A DNA stretch of 64,000 nt, taken from Selaginella moellendorffii. Taxonomy: Eukaryota > Plantae > Lycopodiophyta. The notes beneath the pieces are model-generated. The model saw nothing but the letters and a program-made list of their open reading frames with translations, did not search any database and was not told the DNA's origin. Shown piece by piece: positions 36,924-49,537 of the stretch. Made by a program: the position numbers and the translations under genes. Position 1 is the first letter of the stretch. The number at the start of each line of letters is the position of its first letter. Location: positions 2,479,072 to 2,543,071 of the forward strand of contig NW_003314276.1 of NCBI RefSeq assembly GCF_000143415.4, read 5' to 3'.

Positions 36924-39900
36924 TTACCTCCTAGAAGCAATTGATAGAGAAGGACGAAAACCTCTAAGACGGCGTTTGAAGAACTCATATTCTTCAATTG
37001 CAAACATCGATTTACCAGAGTCATGTGCTACTTTGACCATCGAACCATTACCTGCTGTGCAATTGATGACAACACCCCTAGTTGGGCAATAAAGCTCAAG
37101 TAGGACATGCATCGCCGATGGAGATCGGAACCGATACCCAGACAATGTGTTGCGGATGTCGTCGTCTATGAGATTTGGTATGATGTCAGTAAAGCTATCA
37201 TACCCTGGCAAAACCCTTGCAACACGCTCACTATCACGAAAACCATCATTTTCTTTTCTGCAAAACACATGGTAGGTCCACATCATAACCTAAATAATAA
37301 AACTTTAGAGACAACCAAAACAGAAAATGATTTCTTACCTTCTCTGGCATGCCTAGGACACCTTTGGTCTCGACCCCAACACTATCCATGATGCATCCGG
37401 AAGAGAACCTCTTGAAGTTGACTCGACTTGCATACCTCATAAGGCAGGACATCCAATGGGGGTCATTCGGGAGAATGAAGGCAACTTGACTGGTTGTGTG
37501 AAGGAGAATTGCTGCCAAAAGGAATGCATCCTTCAAGTGGTCTTTAGTCAGGTTGTTCCAGCTTGGGACATCACCATTAGCATCTGGAAGACCATCTGGC
37601 ATGTCAAAGAGCATGAAGTTTGTGCTCTTGAGCGGTCACCTATGGATCTTCTGACAAAAGCGCTCCCACTTTTGCCGAATAGCCATATTCTCAGCATCCT
37701 CCTCAAAAGATGCCATCAATGAACTATAGGAGCCAATAAAGATCCCAACTTCACCACGGCATGCCACTGGAGATACAGGGCGAATCTAGGGGGAGAAGAC
37801 AAAGATAAGATGTGAATTTAAGAAAAATTTACATACCGTCATGTGGCGTGTGGTAGATGTAAGTTCCTCCAAGTCCTCTTCTCGAGCATCAAGACGAGCT
37901 GGAATGAAGTTACTCCCGACAGTTTTTGCTGCAACCATTTTGAGGAACTAAGAAAAGGAGAGAATTAAAAGAAATATACCTCGAGAAGTTCCTCGGTTAC
38001 GGGGACGATCATCATCACTGTTGACTAATTCCTCCAGATGTGGATTTGCTTGCTTTTGTCGAGGTAGAACTTCTTGGACGTTCTGGTTCTCTTGCTCGAC
38101 TTCGTCTCGAAGAATCTCGTTCTCACCGCCATCTTCACTCTGCTCGCCATTGGCACCAACAGGGTTGACATTCTCATGGCCATCATCTTCGTCATCATTG
38201 TTGCCTCTTGCAGCCTCATGGTGGGTTGGTTCATAATCTGGCATCTCCAATTCCCAAGGACAAGTGCGCTTTATTGCTGCTGGAAACTTCATTGTTGTCG
38301 GGTACATGCCTCCATCTCTCACACCATGCCTCAGGAGGCGTGTGCATACCAGTGTAGAGGAACGCCTTTATATTGGAGATACCTATAATAGAATATAAAT
38401 AATTGAGTATAGTTGAGAAATTGTATGTTACCTAAAAGCCGCTCGACGCATGAAGTAAGGTTGGCCAAGTTGTTTATCAAATGGAGTCGTGCTTGTGGCC
38501 TTCTTTGGCAGCCAGTCCTCTCCAAGTTTTGTAAGCTCAATGGTGATGAAGTCCTTAAATGGAAGTTGCTCAGGATCATCCCCTATGAAAGGCGCTAGAA
38601 ACATCTCCCCTTCATATACAGTTTGTGAAATGTAGATGGTCCTCCTCATCACAGTCTCCATCATACTGTCCAAACCTTTTTCTCCTTCCCTGAGTCTGCT
38701 ATTGAGGTCGTTCAGAATGTGTATCTGTTCCTCATATGTAAGCTTTGACTTTGAGATGTTGTAAATAATCTCATCTGGAGTCTTGCCCACTAAAAATAAC
38801 TTTTGTGAGAACCTTCATGTAAATACAAACAATACTTACTTTCATGACAAGCAATCTCTGTTATAATATCAAACCACTCCTTTGGGCGTCGAGGGTCAGC
38901 CACACTAAGTAATTTCTTTACCTTTGTCTTCTTTGTGCTGTTGATTTTCTTGTCAATTGCAGCTAAATGCTCTGAGAGTTCTTGATCATTTTCAGCTCGA
39001 TGCGACTGTGCATATGCATCTTGCTTAACCTTCACCAATGGCTGAAGACAACACAAACATTTTATGATAAGAAGTATACTTGAAAGAACATACCTTACTC
39101 CACACAGCTGTCATAAAAGCCACTGGATTCTTGTACCATCTATTGGCATCCTGACGACCTCGTTGATGTCGAATAAGTGATGTTAAATCATCACCATAGT
39201 GGCTGCGGACTGCATCCTCGTCGAGATTGGCAAGAAACCGGATCTGCTCGATGTCATGTACTAGGCTTTGTTTCTGCACTGCAAACTGTCCCAGTCTGCA
39301 AAACACAAATTGTTAAAAGTGATTGAAGAGGGAGAGGTACTTACGCATTAATTTTGTGGCAAGCTATTACAAGCCTTGCCACATCTAGAGATCCTCTCGC
39401 ATGTATATGTCCAACCGGAACATTGATGTGATAGACAGGATCGTCTCGGAAGCATTCTCGGATGCACTTCATCCACGCACACCAGCGATGATTCCCGTCG
39501 ATAATGTAGAACATTTTCCCCACAAATTGTTGAGTCTCAAGATGGCTCATAAGCTTGTTGTCAAATTCGCGGGACTTCATTTTCCAAATGTCATCCCAAT
39601 CCCTCTCGATTTCCGGTGACACCGAGAGGGTATTTGTCATTCCTGGCTTGAAAACCAAAACAAGGAACATACCTATGTTTGTCCCAAGGCCATTCTGTTT
39701 GTACAGACTATAGATGTCCATGTTGACGAAGTGCGGTGAAGCAGACCGAACGATGCTTGTCTGAGTGAATCGACATAGTGGGATTTCTCGGATCATGTGC
39801 CCCGGGCCTTCCCACTTGAGAGACTCCAAAGTCGTGTGAATGGCCTTCTCTTTAGTTCTCAAAACTGTCTCTTGGAAGCGCTTGTCGACAATGTGTTCAG

Positions 39901-41514
39901 GTAGCTCCACTTCTCTTTCAGCTTCAGCTACACCTCCAGTAGCACCATTATCAGATCTATCCCCTGACTCGGGCCCAACACCGCCATCAGGCGCACTTGG
40001 GCACTGCTCCGTTTCTGCCATATTTTGTGAATATGTTAAGAGTAGTGGCATTTGTGGTTGTGGCAGTAATGGTAGTGATGACAATGGTTGCGCTGGTGGT
40101 GGTGATGACAATGGTTGCGCTGGTGGTGGTGATGATGGTGGCGGTGGTGGTGGTAATGGTGGTGATGACGGTGGTGGTGGTAATGGTGGTGATGAAGGTA
40201 AAGGTGGCGGTGCCGGTAATGGTGGTGGCGGTGGTGGCGGTGGTAATGGTGGTGGTGGCATCGATGGCGGTGGTGGGGGTGCATGTGGACTGGAGCTATG
40301 TGGTTGGGAAGACGGTGGAGTTGTCGCTGTGGAAATCTCTATCTGAAGGTCAACTTGATTGTAGTCCTGGATCTCATCTTCCTCATGTCTTCTCCTTAAT
40401 CCAACATCCTTCTCCTTTTGTAGTTGCTTTGNNNNNNNNNNNNNNNNNNNNNNNNNNNNNNNNNNNNNNNNNNNNNNNNNNNNNNNNNNNNNNNNNNNNN
40501 NNNNNNNNNNNNNNNNNNNNNNNNNNNNNNNNNNNNNNNNNNNNNNNNNNNNNNNNNNNNNNNNNNNNNNNNNNNNNNNNNNNNNNNNNNNNNNNNNNNN
40601 NNNNNNNNNNNNNNNNNNNNNNNNNNNNNNNNNNNNNNNNNNNNNNNNNNNNNNNNNNNNNNNNNNNNNNNNNNNNNNNNNNNNNNNNNNNNNNNNNNNN
40701 NNNNNNNNNNNNNNNNNNNNNNNNNNNNNNNNNNNNNNNNNNNNNNNNNNNNNNNNNNNNNNNNNNNNNNNNNNNNNNNNNNNNNNNNNNNNNNNNNNNN
40801 NNNNNNNNNNNNNNAAGCGCCAAGGCCGGCTCGCGGGCTGTTGGCATTGGCGCTTGGTGCGGGCGCCGGTCCGCCTCCAAGTGCCAAGGCCGGCTCGGGC
40901 AAAATGCCCGGGCCAGGCACTTGGCACGCACCGGCATTGGCCATTGGAGGTGGGCCGGTTCGCTGGCGTACCGGCCCTCCTCCAAGCGCCAAGGCCGGCT
41001 CGCGGGCTGTTGGCCTTGGCGCTTGGACTTAGCTGGCTCGCACCAAATGCCCAGCGTGGGCATTTGGCGCAAGCACTTGGCGCCTTTGCCAGCCAAGCGC
41101 CTTGGCCAGCCTGCGTGGACTTGGCCGGCCCAGGCGGAGTGCCCAGCCAAATGCCCGGCCTGGGCACTTGGCAGCGGCGGTGCTGGGCAGCAGTGGCCCT
41201 AGGCAGTGCGGCGCTGGCGTGGCGTGGCGTTGGCACGGCAGCGGCGGTATGGCAGCGGCGGTGCTGGGGAGTGGCGGCACGGCAGCGGCGGCATGGCAGT
41301 GGCGGTGCTGGGCAGGCAGCACTGCGCTAAGCGTGGCATGGCAGTGGCGGTGCTGGGCAGGGGCGCCATGGTAGTGGCGGTGCTGAGCATGGCGTGGTAT
41401 GCGCGGCGTGGCGGCGCTGGGGCGGGGGTGCTGGGCGCGGCGGCGCTAAGCGCGGAGGAGAGGGAGTGGAGGAGAGGGAGTGGAGGAGGAGAAAAAACTT
41501 ACTCTTGGCGGCAT
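36924..41514 (-). pseudogene. Multi-exon gene: Pro-rich region + ParB/Srx-like domain + beta-class N6A/N4C DNA methyltransferase-like domain; lesions in this copy
   Basis: Putative exon 1 ATGCCGCCAAGA|GTAAGT (41514-41503). GT-AG introns at 39296-39344, 39042-39093, 38790-38839, 38383-38431, 37786-37836 and 37290-37338; one junction near 37950-38000 is unresolved. Motifs FYIIDGNHRW (ParB), STNFMLFDMPDG (motif IV position) and RSPSAMHVLLELYCPTRGVVINCTAGNGSM...GKSMFAIE (motifs X-I-II). Frameshift at ~38337 and in-frame TGA at 37636-37638. Confidence 0.8.
40815..41450. repeat. GC-rich palindromic and minisatellite repeats in putative intron 1 of the ParB-MTase gene
   Basis: CCAAGCGCCAAGGCC-n15-GGCCTTGGCGCTTGG hairpins, followed by GGCAGYGGCGGTGCTGG repeats. 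Confidence 0.85.
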
Positions 41515-42323
41515 TCTGTTCCCGCAGTCACTCCCAATCTCCCGCGATACTTTCTGTAAAACCCTAACGCCGGCAGCTGCCCTAACCCTAACCTAACTTT
41601 CATCACAGCCGTTCATCATGGATGCAGTAAATCTTCACTGTACAATAAATAATAATAAATCTAGCACTGTACAATTTCTATTCCACCCTAGATTTGATCA
41701 CGTGACAAAGTCCTTTTGAATTGTAATTTAATAATGGAGGTGTGCTCTAATATGACTATGTCATAATGTGAAATAATGTCACAGATGCATGTGTTGAATT
41801 GATCACAGTACGAAATTGTTAGAAAATATAAGATTATTAAATCGTAAGGTGTTATTTCCAAAGCAATGTATATAGATAATTTACTATAGGTGATAGATGG
41901 TAGTACAAAGATGGAATATATTTAAATGAGTTCAGAAGAATGTGATGATTTCTAGCTTTAATGAAGTACTGAAAATATGTACAATATTTAATTTATTTGG
42001 CAACAATTGGTTGATGGTAGATCCTAGAATAAAATCATTCCTATCTTTCATATTATGGCACATGCTTGAGGTGATATTTCTTTCTGTTCTACCAAAAGTT
42101 AGTGCATATAATAAATTTGAGTATGTTTTTGAATTCAATGTATATAAACTTTTAATATTGTACAACATAGTCCTATATACTTCATACAGAATTTATTATA
42201 ACAACATTAGTCGATGTTAGATCCTAGAATAAAATCGCCCTATCTTTTCACATAATGGCATAGCACATGTGAGGTGACATTTCATTATAAAAGTTTAGAG
42301 TTCCAAAACCTAAAGGCAACAAA

Positions 42324-45300
42324 ATGGAGGGCTTCCTTTTGCATTACCAAGATCACCCACCACTTTCTATCTCCCAGAGTCTTATTTCAGAAAGTTTTCT
42401 TTGCCAACGTTTCGATCTTTCTCTCGGTTCTATTTCATTGGAAGCTGTGATTCGCAACAACATTGGTGTAGTTGAACAATCGGAGTTTCTTCTTTCGGGT
42501 GTAGGTGAAGGTGGACAACATTGGGATTTGCAACATTCCAAGTCGAAAGAGATTCGAGTTTTTGGATCTCCAATCAAAGTGCGAAGCTGTGATCCTGCTA
42601 AAGTGAATGTGAAGCAAGAGTCGGTCGTCATCATTTCTTCCTCTTCTAGTTCTAGTGGAGATGTTAGTCCAGTGCGAGCCAAGAATTTCCAAACTCCAAC
42701 TTCACTGATATTCCAAGCTGTTTGCAACGCTTTCCAATTTTCCCGCCTCTCTATCAATGTTCGTTCCTTTCTAAATAGGCCTGTTAGCGAGCTCCCATCT
42801 ACATACAATGGCAATATCTTCTTTGAACTACCACCTCTTGTCAGCTCAAAACGAAAGGGGATGGAGACGAAGCAGGATGTCCACAACTGGTGCAAGATCA
42901 AGACCACACATTTCCAGCATTTCGAAGGCACAGTGTCCATGGTTCATTGTGGTGGGTATTTGGATTGTGTGAATAAAGCATGCAATCAAGAGCGCGGTAA
43001 AAACTCCATATATTTTGAAGGATCGGCAACCAATCCTCCCCTCTGTGACACCATTGGTGTTGGATTCAAGTGTTGGTTTTGCAAGAATGCTCCATTGTGT
43101 CGTGCCATCTGCGGGGCCAAGATGTACTATTTTCTTCCACGGGATGGAGAGGTTGGTAGAGCTGCAGTACATATTGGCACGCACACACATCCAATGCAGG
43201 AAGGGATACAAAGGAGTTCAGTCAACCATTTCAAAGATGCAGTGCAGATAGAGACTGTGAGAAACTCATCTGCAACTCCGAAGCATATTCAAAAGACAGT
43301 GCTCAAGGATTTTATCGCAAATACTTTACTTGATCCGGACTACAAAAATACTCAACTGGATGAGGCTAGCTTGCGGGAGTTACTACAACATGTGCAACCT
43401 GCAACTAGCCTCAGGAGGTATGAAAATATTATTACATACTTTTCAATAATATCTCTCTTACATTTTGTTTTATTTAGGATAAAGCCTTGGATGTGTGAAT
43501 CTCAAGAGGGGAAACTCCAATCAAAAATCGACTCAATCCTTGAACTAAAACGGACTTGTCCCTATGAGTTTATCCATGGGAGTTTATTTCCAGATCAAGT
43601 CATTAGTGAGCAAGAGCACCCCTTCGTTTTCAAAATGTCTACCATGGGCCCTGCCTATGGTGTGGATCTTGTTTCCCGAATGGATATGTCTGGGTCAAGT
43701 GACCTTGCTAATGCATGGGTACATTTTGACCATATGGAGCGGGTGGCAGGTTGGACAACCATGGGAGCTCATGTGTATGATCCAAGGTAGTTTTTTTTCT
43801 CATTATCTTAAAATGGTTTTAAACATTGCACTTTTCACAGGCTACGTTGTAACTTGACAATTGCAACGGCAGAGTTTAAAGTACAAGACCAGATGGCTCA
43901 AGAAATATTTTGGAAGTCCCTCTCCGACATTGTATTGAAGCGGACTGGTAAGCTTGCCAACTTTCGCGGTTTCATGGCAGATGGGGCTGGGGCTAATTGG
44001 AATGGTGTCCGGGCAGTCTTTGGGAATGGTCAACCATTGGAAGGTCGTGAGAGGACTTGTGAGTTCCATTGGGCTCAGAGCCTAAACCAACACTGCCATC
44101 TTATCAAGCCAGATTTCCAATTAGCATTTAAGGAGTTGTGCAAACAATGGCAGGCTGCACCTTCTGAAGAAGAGCATGAGGCAAAAGCAAACGAGATCCG
44201 AATGTGGTGGCATGAAGATGGCCATACTAACGTAAGTTGTCTACCACAACTTGAGTCGTGGTTGGGGTGGTGGGAAGTTAGAATGTTCCAATGGGGACAT
44301 CACTCTTTTCAGGTTGGTTTTTCTTTTTTTCCTCTCTTTTTATTGCTTTTTAATATCATCTTTTTATAAGGATCAACCACTTGAGGATCTTGCATACACC
44401 CCAACTGTGAATCTCTCAGAGAGTAAACATTGGAGCTGGCGTTCCTCTGAGGCAGGGAAAGGGAAGATGAGTCTATATGAAGCATGTCTATCAAATTTGA
44501 TACGCGCTGTAGAGCAGTCTTCAAAAGCCTTGGCATTTGAGGAAGGAAGATACATGGGAACAGGACCTTCGGTTGAGATGTTACACGATCGGATGAAGAA
44601 GAAAGTGACTCCACCAGCACGAACAATGGCAACTGCAGTGGAGGAAGTGGTCCGTGGCACATCTATGGAGTACACTCCTCGGGCTTCTATTGGTGATATG
44701 AAGACCGTCCGCTCAAAGCGTCGATTTTCCTTTGCTGGTGAAGATGTTGGCATGAATCTTGGAGCAAAAAGCTCTCACAGGCCTGATGTTGAGTATCATT
44801 CTGCTCCAAGACATCACCCCACAACCGAACCACCTCAAGTGGCTGATGAAGAAAGTGCATCACAGCAGGTTGAAATTGCTTATCGTAGTGTGGAGCCGAA
44901 GCAATGGGCAATCCGTCGAGTGCCAGCGAAATCAAATGTAAGGTGTGTGGGGATGCTTCCAAGGGGCAAGTGTTGGGCTTGGATCCGTGGTGATAAGTCT
45001 GCTTCTGTTCCAGCCCCATGTTTCCATGGGGAACGAAAGCAAGCAGGATTTTCAAGATGGTGTTGGTTATATTGCTGCAACTCTGATGTCAACCATACAA
45101 AGCGGCTTGAAGACACTATAGTGACTAAACCTGATGCAGTACCTAAAGAATGGCCGGTTGCTAATGGGGTTGCGCTCACTTCGGATGAGATTGAAAACCT
45201 TGAGAAATCTGGTTTCAATCTTGAGAGGAGAGTTGGAGATATGAGTGACAGAACCAAGACTATTCCTACAGAGATGCACAGGAGGCCAGCACGAAAAGGT

Positions 45301-45648
45301 AAGGTAGTTAAATTTATTGGTACCGTCTCCAAGCAGAAGCAAGGTAAAATAAACTTGGCTCAAACACTTGAGTGTGAGATTCTCTCCACGAAGTACATCA
45401 CTGCGCTCGCAAAGGAGTACACAGTCAAAACAGAAGGTGGAGAATACACAATTGCCATTCAAGACTTTCCTTCTTGCACATGTCCAGACTTTATGAAGCG
45501 CGAGGAACATGGGAAGGCATATGCTCCTTGCAAGCATATGTACTACATTTTCATCAACATCTTGCACCAGGATCCTAAAGTGGATATTCATATACACCAA
45601 GCAAGCCTTACTATTGCCGAGTTGCAGAAAACTTTTGGAGCTAATTAG
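42324..45648 (+). CDS. MULE (Mutator-superfamily) transposase with N-terminal GCM-like Zn domain and C-terminal SWIM finger, ~1050 aa, 4 exons
   Basis: Exons 42324-43417, 43478-43786, 43841-44312 and 44371-45648 splice in frame (3153 nt). Motifs VHFD, FMADG, CEFHW (CxxH), TVNLSESKH, and SWIM CTCPDF...CKHM. Confidence 0.9.
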
Positions 45649-46289
45649 ATTTTCCAGCACTATCGATGTTTATTCTCTATCAATAATATAAACTAATTAT
45701 ACCTTATATAATTAATAAAAATATTTTATTATTTCACTTTTCATTTCATATGCTTGTGAGGTTCTTTTCGCAATATTACCCATAGTATTTGTGAGTCTCC
45801 ATTTTTGTCTTTACCTTCTCAAAAAATATTTTGAGATAGTCTTTTGGGTGTATGATGTTACAATGTATTGTGAGAGCATATGTACCATCACAGTTGTTTT
45901 TTTTTCCTTTCAAATGGTTATATGGCTTTATATAGAATCTTAAGTCAAATTTAATAATTTTAAAATTCTGACGAACCTGACATTTACTAGCTAGAAAGCA
46001 TAGTGTACAAATTTAAAGAAGTGACAAGAATACTCTTTTTGCAAACATTTTATTTTATATTTTAACAAATGTCTCTATTATTGCATGTAGTAAATATTTA
46101 AATTATTAGAACAAGAAGTGTCCTTTAGAACATTTTTATCTATATAATATATAGAGAGTTATGAAATTATTAAGTTCGCCATAACTTTAAAATTTTAAAG
46201 TTTATAATGTTTGTACTAAATTACAATTGAAAATTGAGCTCAACTCGTGAGCTCAACTCTTCAGCTCGTGAGCTCAAGTATGGTCCACA

Positions 46290-47939
46290 CTCTTCCATGG
46301 TAATGTTTACCTGATTTGCCGTCAATTGGAACATTGCAAATCTCAATCCTCCCAATGTTGAGGGTGATGCTGGGTACCTCCTTGTCCCAATCCGGTTCAA
46401 CCTCAACCTTGTGAACTTCCAACTCCGCCAATCGTCTAACTTGCCGACCTGGCATGTTGTACAGATGATCACATAGGTAGGGTGCTACTGTGATCAATTC
46501 TCCAACGGTGAGCGTGACGGGTCTCTCCATGATGAGTTCCACCAGTCTTTTGCCCAGTTCTTCGTTCGGAGGATCGCCTTGCTGTTGCGATTCCTCCAAT
46601 TGTGAACCACTGGTCATTGGTTCATCTTTGATCATAATCAGCGTGTCGGGGACAATCGCTGCACTACCTTTTCCTGCAGATTCCTCAATTCACGAGATAC
46701 CTTACAGATGGTAGCCTTCTCTTTCTCCCAATCTCGATCCTCATCCACGGCTTGTCGTTTTTGAGCACGCGTGACCTCATATGCCTCGACCTCGATCCCA
46801 TCCTCGCTCTCAATGTCGGACTGGACTTCCACCGCTCGCGCCGCAGGTTGAGGTGCTTTACCTTTGTTTTGTTGCTCATTTGGGCAAGTGGTGGCATAGT
46901 GTCCTTTCTGTCCACACCAGTAGCACGTGATGTGGGCAGTCGAACCTGGTCCTGGTAGGAGCTTGGGTTGAGGTGGGGCTGGAAGTCGAAGTTGTTGATG
47001 ATCTTGGTTCTGCTGTCGCTGAGGTTGCCGAGGGCGCTGTTCGAACTGCTGATGTTGTTGTTGCTCAAACCATTGACGTTGCCTCGGATGGTTCGTCATG
47101 CGTGGGTAATCTTTTGGGAACGGTTGTTGCTGCTGACCTTGTTGCAGCCAGTAATCACTTGGTTCCACTTGTGCAGCTGCTGGTTCGGGTCTTACGTAGT
47201 ATCGACAGCTCCTTGCTCCATGTCCTATTTGATTGCATATCTGACATCTGGGGATTTTGCACTCATTACAGATGGAGCAGAATATATCCTTTCTTCTGGG
47301 CTGTCGAATATCCAAATCTTTCAGTTGTCGTTCCATTTTCTTGACCAAGTCAGCTGACCGATCGACACCACCTTTCGTACGAAGCTTCCTTTTGAGTGCA
47401 TTGCTTGTTTTGCGCAGCATCTTGTCAACTTTCTCTGCAGCCGCACGAGCAGTGTCCAATGTGGTGGGTGCCTCTAGCCATATTGGAGTCTGCATCTCAG
47501 ACCGAAGTCCGTTGAGAAACCAGTTCATAGCTAAAACATCTGGAACAGTGGTGGCATCACACCGGCCATAAATTTTGTTAAACCTTCTGGCGTAGTCTTC
47601 TGCCAACTCTGTATCCCCTTGGTAGATCTCTTGCAATCTCACCACTGGATCACGGCGCTCGTACTTCTTCTTGTAGTATCCTTTGAAGTCGTCAGACAGT
47701 GCAGCAAAGGTGGCATAGGTAGCGTTCTGGTTGTAGAACCATTCTGCCGCATCTCCCTTCAAAGTGAAAGGAAACAGTGCAATCTTCTTGACATCCATTA
47801 TCTCGTTGTTGAGTGCACATGCCGCGTTGAACTGCTTCAAGTGCCGCTCGTAGTCTTCATTCTCCGTTCCATGAAAGGTAGGAGGAAGAGCCTTCTTCAT
47901 GATGACGGGGTTGGACGTTCCTGCCATTGAAACCAACAC
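46290..47939 (-). pseudogene. Gypsy gag (retrotransposon gag domain, CCHC knuckles) and N-terminal protease
   Basis: PPTFHG...LKGDAAEWF...FLNGLR, CQICNQIGHGARSC, CYWCGQKGHYATTC and VPIDGKSG motifs, with frameshifts. Confidence 0.88.
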
Positions 47940-48767
47940 GGGTTGTACTACCTGTTGATTCCCTAATGCGTGGAAGTACTGATTGAAGTCAAGTTTCTTC
48001 TGACTTCTGTCAGTGTTGTCACTTCTTTTTTTGCTATCCTCCCCTTCGTCTTCAGCTTCGTCGATGACAGCCTCTTTGTCCTTCCTCCCAAAGATACTTC
48101 CAACCGAGCTGAGTATCCTCCCCGGAGATGAATCTTTAAATCGATCTACGAAGCTCCTCCTTCCGGTGGGCTCCCTTTCTTCCCTCGTACCTTTCGTATA
48201 CCGGTCCTCTCCCTCTTCTAGAATCCTGAATATTCTTTAGGGCTTGCCCCACCAGAATTCCGGTTTTGGTTCTTCCCCGAGCTCGCTCTTGGTCAAGCCG
48301 AGCTTGTTCTTGAGTTATCCTGTCCCGCTCTTCGGCTTCCTCTTCCTCGAGTCGCCTTCTCTCTCGGAGCTTGATAGCTTCAACTTCTCTCTTCAACTTC
48401 AACGCATCTCTTCTTCGAACGCGCTTTTCGCTCGTCTTCCTGTAGAGCTTTTACCTCAGGAGGTATTTCCCGCATACCTCATAATTCTTCATGTAAGGGG
48501 GACTGCTAGACACAACGTTCCACGTTGCCGCCAGGTACTCCACAATCGGAACTTCTTGTCACGGTGCTCGTGATGCTCCGTCGCAAATGTCTCCAATCCA
48601 ATTCTCTGCGCTGCTCCTTCCTCGGGCTTCTGCACAGGTCTTCGGCTTTCCTCGCTGATTTCTCAAAACGACTGATCAGTAAAAGAGATTTTTCCTGAAT
48701 TTTTCAGCATGCATGAAAGAGAAAACTAAAAAAAAGAAAATCCAGATTCTGTGCTGTGGTTGCCATG

Positions 48768-49537
48768 TGTTATCATGGAAAAACAGGTGTTACGGAGAAA
48801 AGAAGGAAACAAAGGGGAAAAGGGAAAAGGGAAAAGGGGTTAGAATGGTGAAATCGCGAAATAGTTTGCTCAGTTGAGTATTTGGCCGCTAGTCGGATTG
48901 CAAGTCCGATGAGAATAGAAAGAGAGGCTACACAATTGGCCGGTCGTACAACTCCTCAATCCGCACTAAGAACTTGGCCATCAACAGAACTGAAGGTGGG
49001 CAAGGATGGCACAGGCCACAGAATCAACAGAACAAGTGAATGCACTAGTACAACAGAAAGTAAAACTGAGTGAAAACTAAATGCATCTCGATGTCGATCC
49101 CAGAACACAGAGTAGGAAGTCAAATCTCACAAGCAGTTGATAAAGAAAAGTTTTACAAAGCTTTCCTTTGTGCAGAGTAGAGATGGGATAAAATTCTCAC
49201 TCTCACAGCTAGCCTATTTATACTAAGTCCTTGGCAACCGTGTCCGTGCTTGTCACCATGGTCCTTTTGGGTTTGTGTCTGTAGTATGGATGTCATCATC
49301 TGGCAACCGCTCCTGGTAACTGCTTCTGGGTCATTTGTACCCGTCTGGTGTTTGAGTCTGTTGTAGAGTTGCTGCTGTAGAGTGTTGAACTGAGATCGCT
49401 GAGAAACTGAAGTTGGAGTCGTTGGGTTGGAACTTGGGCAGTTGGACCTTGAGTCCAACTATTTGAGACTTAGCAGCATTTTGATGTTTGAACTTGTGCT
49501 GCCAATAATTCCTTCTGTTTGGCTTTTTCCTTTATCA
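48768..49537 (-). repeat. 5' LTR of the Athila/Selgy-like element
   Basis: Minus strand TG...GATAACA followed by a PBS-like TGGCAACCACAG; second partial copy at 5335-5747. The far boundary is approximate. Confidence 0.7.

Larger units (their letters stand above)
34052..46289 (+). mobile_element. Complete 12.2-kb Mutator-like element (MULE) with multiple accessory genes
   Basis: 9-bp TSD CTCTTCCAT at 34043-34051 and 46290-46298; removing the element restores the protease sequence VNITMEEAYRRYG. Perfect 28-bp subterminal inverted repeat at 34071-34098 and 46232-46259. Encodes a MULE transposase. Confidence 0.92.
29451..49537 (-). mobile_element. Non-chromoviral Ty3/Gypsy element (Athila/Selgy-like), 3'-truncated and interrupted by the MULE
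   Basis: 5' LTR ~48768-49537, PBS-like TGGCAACCACAG next to it, gag-PR-RT-RH-IN order, extra ORFs after IN, no chromodomain seen. Confidence 0.85.

Noticed and set aside
36924-40431. Bacterial contamination as the source of the ParB/MTase sequence
   Set aside because: The gene has multiple spliceosomal introns and lies inside a TSD-bounded element nested in a plant retrotransposon.
39840-41559. Gly-, Val- and His-rich ORFs and GC-rich ORFs spanning the gap
   Set aside because: Antisense or alternative frames of the Pro-rich exon and the intronic GC repeats; several are open only because of Ns.
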